64,000 bases of DNA, from positions 24,105 through 88,104 of the forward strand of contig CAWBKY010000001.1 of the NCBI GenBank assembly GCA_963789555.1, read 5' to 3'. This DNA is from Methanomassiliicoccaceae archaeon (GTDB lineage Archaea > Thermoplasmatota > Thermoplasmata > Methanomassiliicoccales > UBA472). The stretch's first letter is position 1; each line of letters begins with the position of its first letter. The translations under genes and the position numbers were made by a program. Positions 51,535-60,534 of the stretch are shown piece after piece. The notes beneath the pieces are model-generated. The model made no database searches. It was not told the origin of the DNA and saw only the letters and a program-made list of their open reading frames with translations.

Positions 51535-51571
51535 TCGCCTCCATAGGTGGCTTCTGGCCACCTGACCTTTT

Positions 51572-52581
51572 TCATCGTTCCGTCACCGCTTTTTCAAGGA
51601 ACCGGATGCATCCTTCCTCGCAGTCCAGCTCTGTCTTTATCCCAAGGGGCACGGTCATGAGCGGATCGGTATGGGACAGGTCCACGTCGCAAACGATCGG
51701 GACCTGCTCATCGATGGCCAAATTAGTTATGATGGATTCTAGGTCGTCCCTTTCGTCGAACCCCACAGCGGACGGGAACCGACCCAAGACCAATCCGGAT
51801 ATCTGGTCAAAAACGCCGAGATGCTTCAGATGGGTCAGATTGCGATCGATGGTGGCTGGCGATTCGTGATCGTCCTCCTCGAGGAAAAGCACAGCACCAT
51901 CAAGGTCGGGCCAGAATTCAGTGCCGCTGAGGAGCAACAAAGTGTTCAGGTTGCCTCCCACCGCCTTTCCGGCCACCTTCCCGCCATTCAATACTCTCCA
52001 TCCAGGATTCATCCTCCATTCCCTGGGGCCGAGGTCATCCTTCTCGAACCATGGGTCCTCCGCCCATTCGTTCGCTCGCCCTGACCGTGACCACCTCCAT
52101 TTCCCCCCGCACCAATTCCATGAACCGATCGATGGTGTAATCGGGGGAGATCGGGTTGACAGAATGTGACGAATGCAGGACCTGAGAAATTGACCAGGCC
52201 GGCCTTGGTTAGGAAGGCATTGTTCATGGCGGTGATGTCACTGTACCCGACAAAGACCTTGCGAACCTTCCTCACCAGATCATAATCGATGTGCTGCAGG
52301 AGATGGTTTGAGTTGTAGCCTCCAAACACCGTCATGATGGCGGCAACCTCATCATCCTCCAGGAATGTGGTCAGGTCCGCCAGGCGATTCTCCATGCTCC
52401 CGGCGGTGTGCCCGGTGCGCTCCATGACATGTTCGCCCACCTTTACCTCGAATCCCAAAGAGCGTAGGCGGTCCAATCCGATCTGCCAAACCCTCGGCTC
52501 GATGTGGGCGGCGGATTGGGATGGGGCGATCAATCCAATGGCGTCCCCCTCACCTATCCCCCAGGGCTTGACCAGCTCCAT
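51572..52581 (-). pseudogene. S66 peptidase (LD-carboxypeptidase/MccF-like); about 2 frameshifts
   Basis: ..DAIGLIAPSQ...FGGYNSNHLL...VFVGYSDITA (nucleophile Ser) / ..DYTIDRFMELV.. / ..GGNLNTLLLLSGTEFWP...LEEDDESP...DLSHTDPLMTVPLG. Confidence 0.7.
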
Positions 52582-52666
52582 TCTTACGCCTCCACTGCTA
52601 TCCAAAGAGGCGTCAATGATTATATAGAACCAGGACATTCAGAAAGGCATCCACGGGATGGTATCC

Positions 52667-53809
52667 ATGTCAGAGAAGGTAACGTTGTCCGTCATTAAGG
52701 CCGATGTCGGGTCGGTCTGTGGTCATTCCAGGCCCCACCCGAAGATGATGCGCAAGTGCGAAGAGGTCTTGAAGGACGGCCTGAAGGCGGGGACGATCAA
52801 CGATTTCTACGTGACCCGGGTGGGCGACGACATAAACCTGATCATGACCCACACCAAGGGCGAGAACCACTGCGACGTCCATGCCCTGGCATTTGAAGCG
52901 TTCCAGCAGGCCGCCAAGCTTGCCAGGCAGATGAAGATGTACGCTGCCGGTCAAGATATTTTGAAGGACGCCTTCAGCGGCAACATTCGCGGGATGGGCC
53001 CAGGGGCGGCCGAGGTGGAGTTCACCGAGCGTGGCGCCGAGCCAGTGCTGGTGTTCATGGCCGACAAGACAGAACCGTCCGCCTACTCCATGCCATTGTG
53101 CCGGATCTTCATGGACCCGTTCACCACGACAGGCCTGGTCATCGACCCAAGGGCCCACGAGGGTTTCAAGTTCGAGATAGTGGACGTCATGGATTCCAAG
53201 CGGATCGTCATGTCCGCCCCCGAGGAGTCATATGATATCCTCAGCCTGCTTGGCGATACGACGCGCTATGCCATAAAGAGGATCTGGAGCAAGCACTCCG
53301 ACATCGGTGTCGGAGCAGTGGTGAGCACTGAGAAGCTGAACTTGTGCGCGGGTAAGTACGTCGGCAAGGACGACCCGGTGGCCATCGTTCGCTGCCAGAG
53401 CGGCCTACCAGCGGTCGGAGAGGCGCTGCAGCCATTCATGTTCCCCCAGCTGGTGGCTGGGTGGATGAGGGGGTCGCACTATGGTGCTTGGTACCCATGC
53501 GCGGTCGATGATTCCGACCCTTCCTATTTCGACGGACCGCCACGCATCTGCTGCGTCGGGTTCCAGATCAGCCATGGCAAGCTCATGGGTCTAGAGGACC
53601 CCGAGTCTCCCATCGGATTCCATCAACCGATCGACTATTTCTCTGGAAGCGTATGGGACGAGGCCCGCCGCAAGGCGGTTAGGGCCAGCATCTATATGCG
53701 CCAACATGGGCCGTTCATGCCCGGAATCCTAGGCCCGGAGGAGATGGAGTACACCACCCGCCCGGCCGTCCTTAAGAAATTGCAGGACAGGATGGAGAAG
53801 CTTGACTGA
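52667..53809 (+). CDS. fbp: fructose-1,6-bisphosphate aldolase/phosphatase (class V FBPase)
   Basis: Intact about 380 aa: TLSVIKADVGS.CGHSRPHP..., ..GDDINLIMTH.., ..MADKTEPSAY.., ..GWMRGSHYGAWYP.. These are characteristic of the archaeal bifunctional enzyme. Confidence 0.95.
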   Translation: MSEKVTLSVIKADVGSVCGHSRPHPKMMRKCEEVLKDGLKAGTINDFYVTRVGDDINLIMTHTKGENHCDVHALAFEAFQQAAKLARQMKMYAAGQDILKDAFSGNIRGMGPGAAEVEFTERGAEPVLVFMADKTEPSAYSMPLCRIFMDPFTTTGLVIDPRAHEGFKFEIVDVMDSKRIVMSAPEESYDILSLLGDTTRYAIKRIWSKHSDIGVGAVVSTEKLNLCAGKYVGKDDPVAIVRCQSGLPAVGEALQPFMFPQLVAGWMRGSHYGAWYPCAVDDSDPSYFDGPPRICCVGFQISHGKLMGLEDPESPIGFHQPIDYFSGSVWDEARRKAVRASIYMRQHGPFMPGILGPEEMEYTTRPAVLKKLQDRMEKLD

Positions 53810-54479
53810 GCTGAAGGCGCCCATCGTCGTGGTCAACTTCAAGACCTATCGTGAGGTCGAGGGTGTCAAGGCCATCGAGATCGCTAAGGTCTGCGAGGAG
53901 GTGGCAGAACGAACAGGGACGACCATAATCGTCTGTCCGCCCACACTGGAATTGGCCAGGGTGGCCCAGGCGGTCCACATCCCGGTGTTCTGCCAGCATA
54001 CCGATGCGAAATCGGCGGGGGCGAACACCGGTTGGATAACCCCATCGGCAGTGAAGCAGACCGGGGCAAAGGGCACGTTGTTGAACCACTCCGAGCACCG
54101 GCTCATGCTCTATGACATATCCGCCTCGGTGAATGAATGCAAATCCGCTGGTCTGACCACTATCGTTTGCGCGGACAGCCCACAGACCGCCATGATCATC
54201 GCATCCTACGAGCCTGATTTCGTGGCCGTCGAACCGCCGGAGCTGATTGGAGGCAATGTTTCGGTCACGGACGCCAAGCCAGAGGTGGTACAGAAGGCGG
54301 TCCAGGCAGTGCACCGCGTTGACTCCCACATCCCTGTGCTCTGTGGCGCGGGCGTCAAGAACGGGAAGGACCTAAGGAAGGCCATGGAGCTCGGTGCGAA
54401 GGGAGTGCTGTTGGCATCAGGCATCATCAAGGCCAAGGACGTAAAGGCCACATTGACCGAACTGGTCACCGGCGTCTGA
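53802..54479 (+). CDS. tpiA: triosephosphate isomerase (short archaeal form)
   Basis: TTG start overlapping the fbp stop; 225 aa: VVVNFKTY..., LLNHSEHRL, AVEPPELIG, GAGV. Confidence 0.9.
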   Translation: MTELKAPIVVVNFKTYREVEGVKAIEIAKVCEEVAERTGTTIIVCPPTLELARVAQAVHIPVFCQHTDAKSAGANTGWITPSAVKQTGAKGTLLNHSEHRLMLYDISASVNECKSAGLTTIVCADSPQTAMIIASYEPDFVAVEPPELIGGNVSVTDAKPEVVQKAVQAVHRVDSHIPVLCGAGVKNGKDLRKAMELGAKGVLLASGIIKAKDVKATLTELVTGV

Positions 54480-54547
54480 TGGCGAGGTTACAATCGGCCT
54501 CATTGTAACGGGCATCATAATGTCGTTTCAAAGGCGAACAGGTCTCG

Positions 54548-56578
54548 ATGAGAGGCGTGGTGTTCGTCGTATTGGTTCTATTGATGGCCCCCAGCCCCTC
54601 CTACGCCCTCTCATCACCCATCCCCCCCTCCGATCCGCTTCTGACCCCTACGGAACCGTTCAAGGCAGATGCCACGTCATCGCCACCATCGATCAAATTC
54701 ATCCTGGTCTGTCCTGGTAAGCCCGTCGAATCGTTCGTCATCGCCAATCTGGGGCTTTGCGAGGTCGATCTCCTTGGGTTGATGGTGAGCGATGGCGAGG
54801 GCAACCTTACGTTCGCCGTGGAGACCATTTTGCGACCAGGGGAGGCCATAGCTCTCACCACAGATGCAGTGGAGTTTAGCCGTTTCATGCCAGGAACAAA
54901 GGCGGTGCCATATTCTTCGCTCACGAAACAAGGCTCCTTCGTACTGGCCAACCATGGCGATTCGCTCCGATATGATGGCCCCCAACGGCTCTCTGCTGGA
55001 CAGTTTCGTCTATGGGGATTCCAATGATCTGACCGCATGGTCCGGGGGCGCTTTCACCCCACTGCCAGATGGGCATGCGGCAGTAAGGAGGTCGGCCCAA
55101 GGTCATTATAGACTCGGGACAAGCGAGCGATTGGTCCCTCTCGGTCCTAGGGCGGCAGGAGGTCGGATCGTTCCAGGGCGAGGTGAAAGTGAGACCATTC
55201 CTCTACCCAGATGGCGCCCTTGACGATGTCCTTGAAACGCTTTCTAGGGCAGAGAGCAGCATCCTCATCTCAATGTACGACCTGAATGAACCATCGATCA
55301 TAAGCTGTCTGATCGATGCCAGGGCGGACAAGGTCGATGTGCGGGTCCTTGTGGAGGGGCAACCGGTCGGTGGCATGTCGACCTCAACCAAACGCGCCCT
55401 CAACGACCTTTGGAGAGGGGGATGTTCGATCTCGCTCTTCCGTTCCAATGATTCCTACAAACGGTACGACTACCTTCATGGCAAGTATGCCATCATCGAT
55501 CAGGAGTACGTCCTGATCGGTTCGGAGAATTGGGTCACTGGCGCCTTCAAGGAGAACAGGGGGTGGGGGGTCGCGGTCCATTCCTTCGAACTTGCGCAGC
55601 AATTTACCACCATTTTCCAGAGCGATTCATCCACGAAGTGGCCTGACGTTGGGCTGATGGAAGCCCCCTACCCTGTATCTCCAGGGGGTGGTCCGATCCA
55701 CGGGCCGAGGTCGAATTCGTTCATGGACTGGTATTTGGCCAATGTCACTCTCATCGCTCTCCCCTGACAATTCATTGGAGTCGATGCTTACGCTGATAGA
55801 CGGGGCCAGGGAGAGGATCCTGATCGAGCAGATGCAATTTGACACCAAGGTACGCCCGGACCTCAGGGATATGGGAGGGATTGTCCGAGGCGGCCGAGGC
55901 CGGAATCCCGGTGCGTCTGCTTCTTGACGCCACCTTGGACAAGGATCCGTCTGGTAACCCCGCGACCGAGGTAAGGTTCAACGAGATGGGCGAGATGGGC
56001 TTGGACATGGGGGCCAGGCTGGTGTCCCCATATCATAACTTCACAGTGGTGCACAACAAAGGATGGGTGGTGGACGACAAGGTGGTGATATCCAGCGTCA
56101 ACCTGGTTCGGAATGCTTTCGAGGAAAATCGGGAAGTAGGCCTCATCATCCGCTCCCCCGCCATCGCTGATTGGTATGCCCGGTCGTTCTGGGAGGATTG
56201 GAGGTATCGATCCCAGTCCCCCCTACGATCGCGCTGCCATGGTTGGTATGCAACCTTTCCAAAGGCGAACCCGCCTTCCTGGACGCGAGCGGATGTTGGG
56301 ACAACTCGGCGATCGCGAGCATCGAATGGGACCTGGATGACGATGGCACCATCGACCAGACCGGTGTACGCTGCCTGATCGAACCCCCGCCGGGGGAGCA
56401 TAAGGTCAGACTGACCATCACCGATGATCACAACAATACGGCCAGCGCAGTGTTGGTGCTGAACGTTGCTGGCGGAGAGGATGGAGGCATTCCCTCTTGG
56501 TTATATTTCGCACCCATCCCTCTGGCGGCGGCAACGGGTGCACTGTGGTTAGTTCGGAAAAGGATTAAGAGCCATTAG
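54548..56578 (+). pseudogene. secreted LTD - PLD(HKD) x2 - PKD protein with C-terminal membrane anchor; about 6 frameshifts
   Basis: Signal peptide; lamin-tail-like segment (..SFVIANLG..VDLLGLMVSDGEGNLTF..LRPGEAIAL.. and ..VLANHGDSL..); HKD motif 1 YLHGKYAIIDQEYVLIGSENW; HKD motif 2 VVHNKGWVVDDKVVISSVNL; PKD-like ..FLDASGCWDNSAIASIEWDLDDDGTID..HKVRLTITDDHNNTA; terminal TM helix plus RKRIKSH. Shifts near 54965, 55100, 55190, 55760, 55850 and 56180. Confidence 0.65.
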
Positions 56579-56592
56579 CATAATCGTCCGGT

Positions 56593-57027
56593 GTGCAGTT
56601 GCGCTATTATCGGAGCACCGATCTGAACGCGATCTATGACCTGGCCCGTCGCTCCCTGCGGGAGAAATACAACCCCACCATTTTCATCGACCTGCCCCCT
56701 TATTGGCCACAAGGACTGATCGTGCTCGAGGAGATGGACCGCATCGTGGGGTTCATCTTCGGCATCATGACCTCCAGCATCGAGGCCAGGATTTTGATGC
56801 TGGCGGTATCTCAGGAGAGGAGGGGGCAGGGTCTGGGGACCTTGTTAAGCGAGCAGTTCTTCATGGAATGTTCCAAGAAGGGCGCCCGGGTGGTGAGCCT
56901 GGAGGTCCGTGTCAGCAACACCAGCGCGCTCAAGTTCTATCAACGCCGGGGGTTCTCCATCTCGGACCGTTTTACCCACTACTACTCCGATGGCGAGGAC
57001 GGATATCAGCTTCAGTTGTTCCTCTGA
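56593..57027 (+). CDS. GNAT N-acetyltransferase (RimI/Ard1-like)
   Basis: GTG start, 144 aa: ..LMLAVSQERRGQGLGTLLSEQF...LEVRVSNTSALKFYQRRGF. Confidence 0.8.
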   Translation: MQLRYYRSTDLNAIYDLARRSLREKYNPTIFIDLPPYWPQGLIVLEEMDRIVGFIFGIMTSSIEARILMLAVSQERRGQGLGTLLSEQFFMECSKKGARVVSLEVRVSNTSALKFYQRRGFSISDRFTHYYSDGEDGYQLQLFL

Positions 57028-57028
57028 G

Positions 57029-58558
57029 TCAAAGGAACATGTCGTCCTTTTTCGCCTGTTCGTTCGAGAAATAATAAGGAGATTTCTCACGTTGGGACTG
57101 GGAGATGTCAGCGGAGAGGCCTTGCATATAGGAACCGTACCGTTCCTTGATCTGTTCCTCAGCGGTCATGGACCGCTTCACCGCCACCTGGATGTGCTTC
57201 TCCTCGATCAAGAGGTCGCCGTTCACCGAGGCCAGGTCACCCGCGGCTCGGACCAGTCCACCTAGCTCCCTCAGGCGCAATGAAAGGCAGTTGTCCATGC
57301 CATCCATGCGTTTGGCTCGCCTCTTTGCCTCGCGGATCACCGCCTCGACGGCCGCCAAGGATGCTGGGGGGATCCTACCATCTATGGCGATCTCCTGGGC
57401 GATGAACTGGGCCATCTTCGCCCGGTTCACCTCGTTGTCCTTCATGACCGTGTTCACCAGGACCTCGTATCCATCGCCATTGATGCGGGAGCGTAGCGGA
57501 GAAAGGACGTGCTCAAGGTCCTGTATGTTGCACGCACCAACGAAGATGAAGTCGCAGGGGACATCGTCCACCCTGACGCTAGCCCCGGCGCTCTGGGGGT
57601 TGTGACCTATTATGGAGAATTCCCTCTCTTGCATGGCGGTAAGAATGTAACGCTGCAGGTTGGACAGATGAGGCAGCTCATCGATGAACAACACGCCCTC
57701 ATGGGCCTCATGGATCGCACCCGCCACCACCCTCTCGTATGGTGGAGTGCCCAGGTTGGCGTGCCCTCCATAGGGATCGTGACGTACGTCGCCAAGGAGC
57801 TCGGTCTCCGAACCCCCGGTGGCCATCACGAACGGTTTGCGCTCCAGTCGGACAATGACCTTCCTCGGGCTAACCTTCTCCAGTTCCCGACGCTTCTCCA
57901 AGGCGTTCTGGTCCAGCACGCGGACCATGTCCCCACAGCGCTCGAAGACCACCACCTCCTCCTTTCCGAAGCGTTTCCTGGTGGTCGTGACCCGGTCCTT
58001 GCCCACCATGCCCGGCATGGCGGCGACCGTGCCCATCGACTCCATCAGTCCAGCCATGAGATCGCCGAAGGGGTTGGCGTTGGGCTCCCCTACCTTGATC
58101 TTCTCACATTTTGGGCAGATCCGGTCCTTCGGCGAGGAGTAGGAGCCGCAGTTCTTACAACGGTATCCGAGGCGTTCCGCGACGTTGATCGGCGCGTCCT
58201 GGGCCTCGATTATCTCGCCTTCAGCGTTCTGGAAGGACTCGCGCTCCTTACGGACCTCCTCCTCCCGCTTCACCTCGACCAAGGGCCGCTCCGGGTTTTC
58301 GGGGTTGTGCACCACCCGGATCTCCTCCTTGGGCATGGGAAGGTAAAGGGCCAGGGCCTGGGCGATCATAGACTTGCCAGTGCCTGGCGGGCCTACCAGA
58401 AGTAAGTTGCGGCGTTGCCTTGCCGCCACGCGCGCCAAGGCAACTGCCTCCTCCTGCCCGATGACACGGGACAACGGGTCCTTCGGTATCTCGATGTCCT
58501 CAGTGGTCTCGATGGACCGCAGGTCCGTCTCGCGCAGGAGGTTTATCTTCGGGTTCAT
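57029..58558 (-). CDS. LonB-like AAA+ ATPase without recognisable protease domain or TM insert; contains a Zn-ribbon insert
   Basis: Intact 509 aa: ..VIGQEEAVALARVAARQRRNLLLVGPPGTGKSM (Walker A), VLFIDELP (Walker B), ..SPLRSRI.., ..LSLRLRELGGLVRAAGDLA.. as in archaeal LonB ATPase modules. CKNCGSYSSPKDRICPKC is inserted after Walker A. The ORF ends about 80 aa after the ATPase module, with no Ser-Lys protease domain. Confidence 0.7.
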   Translation of the reverse strand: MNPKINLLRETDLRSIETTEDIEIPKDPLSRVIGQEEAVALARVAARQRRNLLLVGPPGTGKSMIAQALALYLPMPKEEIRVVHNPENPERPLVEVKREEEVRKERESFQNAEGEIIEAQDAPINVAERLGYRCKNCGSYSSPKDRICPKCEKIKVGEPNANPFGDLMAGLMESMGTVAAMPGMVGKDRVTTTRKRFGKEEVVVFERCGDMVRVLDQNALEKRRELEKVSPRKVIVRLERKPFVMATGGSETELLGDVRHDPYGGHANLGTPPYERVVAGAIHEAHEGVLFIDELPHLSNLQRYILTAMQEREFSIIGHNPQSAGASVRVDDVPCDFIFVGACNIQDLEHVLSPLRSRINGDGYEVLVNTVMKDNEVNRAKMAQFIAQEIAIDGRIPPASLAAVEAVIREAKRRAKRMDGMDNCLSLRLRELGGLVRAAGDLASVNGDLLIEEKHIQVAVKRSMTAEEQIKERYGSYMQGLSADISQSQREKSPYYFSNEQAKKDDMFL

Positions 58559-58560
58559 GC

Positions 58561-60141
58561 TCAGTTCAGGTCGTCCCTGACCCAGACCTCGACATTGCTT
58601 GGCTGCTTGGTGATGTTGCCCATCTTCGTTCCGACGATGGTGCCGATCTCCTTCTCCACAGCTATGTCCAGTATCCTTTGGGTCACAATACCGTCGAATA
58701 CGACGGCAGAAACAGGCTCGCTCTCGGCCTTCAGGGTGTTGACCAGCTCTTTGACCGTGACCTCCTTGGTCACATTCCCCTGCCCATCCAGCAGCTTGGC
58801 CTTGGAGGTGGCCGCCAGCTCGTTGATGAGGGCCTTGTACTTCTCCTGGTTCCCAGAGAGCTTCTTGCTTGACCTGCGCTCGGCCGGGGCCTCGGCTGGT
58901 TCCGCCCGCTCGGGCTTCTCGACCTTTTCCTCCCGGTCAGTGCGCTCCGGCTTCTCCCGCGCTCTGGTCTCGCTCCGTTCCGACCGCTCGCCCCTCTCCT
59001 GGCGCTCTGGCCGCTCGCCCCTCTCCTGGCGCTCGCGGCGCTCCGGCCTTTCAGAACGCTCCTCCCGGTCGCCACGCTCGGGCTTCTCCCCGCGCTCTGG
59101 CTTCTCGCTCCGTTCCGACCGCTCGCCCCTCTCCTGGCGCTCTGGCCGCTCGCCGCGCTCCGGCTTTTCGGTCCTTTCCTGCCTCTCCATCTTCTCGGGC
59201 TTGTCGCTCTTCTCGGCGGCGCGCTCGGCCTTCTCCTCGCGCTCGAAGCGCTCCAGGCGCTCGGCCTTATCGCCGCGCTTCCCTGGCCCGTTCTGGGCAA
59301 CATCGGCCTCCAGGCCGAACATCTCGATGTACTGCTCGGCGGGGATCTTGTTGCGCAGGCACTTCATGATCTGTTTCTGGGTGAGCTCCTCCACCTCATG
59401 GGCACGGGGAGCCCTGGCGACGAAGTCGACCTCGGCCACCTGGAACAACTCGCGAAGGATGAGCTCGCCGCCCCTGTCTCCGTCGACGAATGCGGTGACC
59501 ACGCGCTCCTTGGAGAGCTCGCTGATGGTCTTGGGGATGTTGGTCCCCTCCACCGCTATGGCGTTCTTGATGCCGGACTTGAGCAGGTTGATGACGTCGG
59601 ACCGGCCCTCCACCACGATGACCGCGTCCGAGTCGTTAACGTTCGGACCGGCGGGTAGGCGGTCCTTACCGAAGTAGATGACCTCCTCCACCTGCACCGA
59701 CTGCCTGACGCTCTCGGTGAGATCGGCCCCAGTCGTTTTGGACTGCTTGATAAGCTCGGTGAGCAGCTCCTTGGCGCGGACAATGATCTTGTCGCGCTTG
59801 GTGACACGGACGTCCTCGATGGACTCTATGCCTATCTTCGCCTTGCAAGGCCCGACCCGGTCGATGGTCTCCAACGCGGAGGCCAAGATGACGGTCTCGA
59901 CCTGGTCCAGGCTGGAAGGGATAAGGATCTCGCCTTCGGACTTGCCCTGCTTGGAGTGCACGTCCACCTCGATCCTGCCGATCCTGCCGCTCTTCTGCAG
60001 GTCTCGGAGATCGAGCTCATCACCGAGGAGGCCCTCGGTCTGGCCGAAGATGGCACCGACCACATCCGGCTTTTCGACGATACCGTCGGCGTTGAGCTTG
60101 GCCTTGATGAGGTACTTAGTGGTGCTTGGATCAATGTTCAT
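58561..60141 (-). CDS. dnaG: archaeal DnaG primase (TOPRIM) with large E/R/K/P-rich repeat insertion
   Basis: MNIDPSTTKYLIKAKLNADG..., TOPRIM core ..AVIVVEGRSDVINLLKSG..AIAVEGT...FVDGDRGGELI.., then about 140 aa of ERGERPERQERGERSERSE-type repeats, then a conserved C-terminal domain (..VVFDGIVTQRILDIA..). Start taken at ATG 60141. Confidence 0.85.
   Translation of the reverse strand: MNIDPSTTKYLIKAKLNADGIVEKPDVVGAIFGQTEGLLGDELDLRDLQKSGRIGRIEVDVHSKQGKSEGEILIPSSLDQVETVILASALETIDRVGPCKAKIGIESIEDVRVTKRDKIIVRAKELLTELIKQSKTTGADLTESVRQSVQVEEVIYFGKDRLPAGPNVNDSDAVIVVEGRSDVINLLKSGIKNAIAVEGTNIPKTISELSKERVVTAFVDGDRGGELILRELFQVAEVDFVARAPRAHEVEELTQKQIMKCLRNKIPAEQYIEMFGLEADVAQNGPGKRGDKAERLERFEREEKAERAAEKSDKPEKMERQERTEKPERGERPERQERGERSERSEKPERGEKPERGDREERSERPERRERQERGERPERQERGERSERSETRAREKPERTDREEKVEKPERAEPAEAPAERRSSKKLSGNQEKYKALINELAATSKAKLLDGQGNVTKEVTVKELVNTLKAESEPVSAVVFDGIVTQRILDIAVEKEIGTIVGTKMGNITKQPSNVEVWVRDDLN
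58949..59154. repeat. in-frame direct repeat inside dnaG (two about 71-74-nt copies, about 132-nt period, plus nested about 24-nt units)
   Basis: Copy A 58949-59019 and copy B 59081-59154 are identical except for 3 extra nt in B (GGCTTCTCCC[C]GCGCTCTGG[CT]TCTCGCTCCGTTCCGACCGCTCGCCCCTCTCCTGGCGCTCTGGCCGCTCGCC). The unit CGCTCGCCCCTCTCCTGGCGCTC occurs three times. Confidence 0.85.
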
Positions 60142-60353
60142 TTTAATTCCTCTTCTATCTGTTTCAGAAGAGCGACCCAGTTCCAATTATCAACCATGCC
60201 ATTTGGCTGCGGGAGTGTGATTAGGTCCCTCCTGCAGGAGTTCATCCTATGGTTCCTTTCACGCTTATCTTACGGATCAGGTGACGGGATGATAGTGAAT
60301 GTGTGATATCGGAAAGCTTAGCCGCTTTTCCAAACCCTATGTCCGCATCATCG

Positions 60354-60363
60354 TTTATATAAA
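60354..60363 (+). promoter_or_regulatory. TATA-box-like element upstream of the cobQ-type gene
   Basis: TTTATATAAA in the lower-GC 350-bp spacer between dnaG and cobQ. Orientation and usage are not testable from sequence alone. Confidence 0.35.
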
Positions 60364-60534
60364 TTTCGGTGCCAGGGATAATAAGTCGGAACCTCGGACG
60401 GGATGCGAAACTTCGTACGTCAAAATCCTGGGCACCCTTAGCAAAATCGATGAGTTACCATCATCGTTGAGGGGGTCGGGTGGCAATATGTTTTATCCTT
60501 CCTGCCACATTTGGATTATACATCCAACTGGATC

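Noticed and set aside
58949-59154. Direct repeats as a CRISPR array or non-coding minisatellite
   Set aside because: The repeats are in-frame coding sequence of dnaG. They lack unique spacers of regular length, and no cas genes are nearby.
58415-59677. 420-aa plus-strand Ser/Arg/Pro-rich ORF
   Set aside because: It is the mirror image of the dnaG E/R-repeat region on the opposite strand. dnaG has clear TOPRIM and N- and C-terminal conservation, and this ORF has none.
60368-60436. 69-nt hairpin (GGTGCCAGGGAT...ATCCTGGGCACC, 11 of 12 positions paired) in the cobQ leader as a possible cobalamin riboswitch or sRNA
   Set aside because: I found no B12-box-like core (only a weak GCCACAT near 60503). 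A TATA-like box (60354-63) immediately upstream would place the transcription start inside the 5' arm, so the stem may never exist as RNA. It is worth an Rfam scan but is not supportable by eye.
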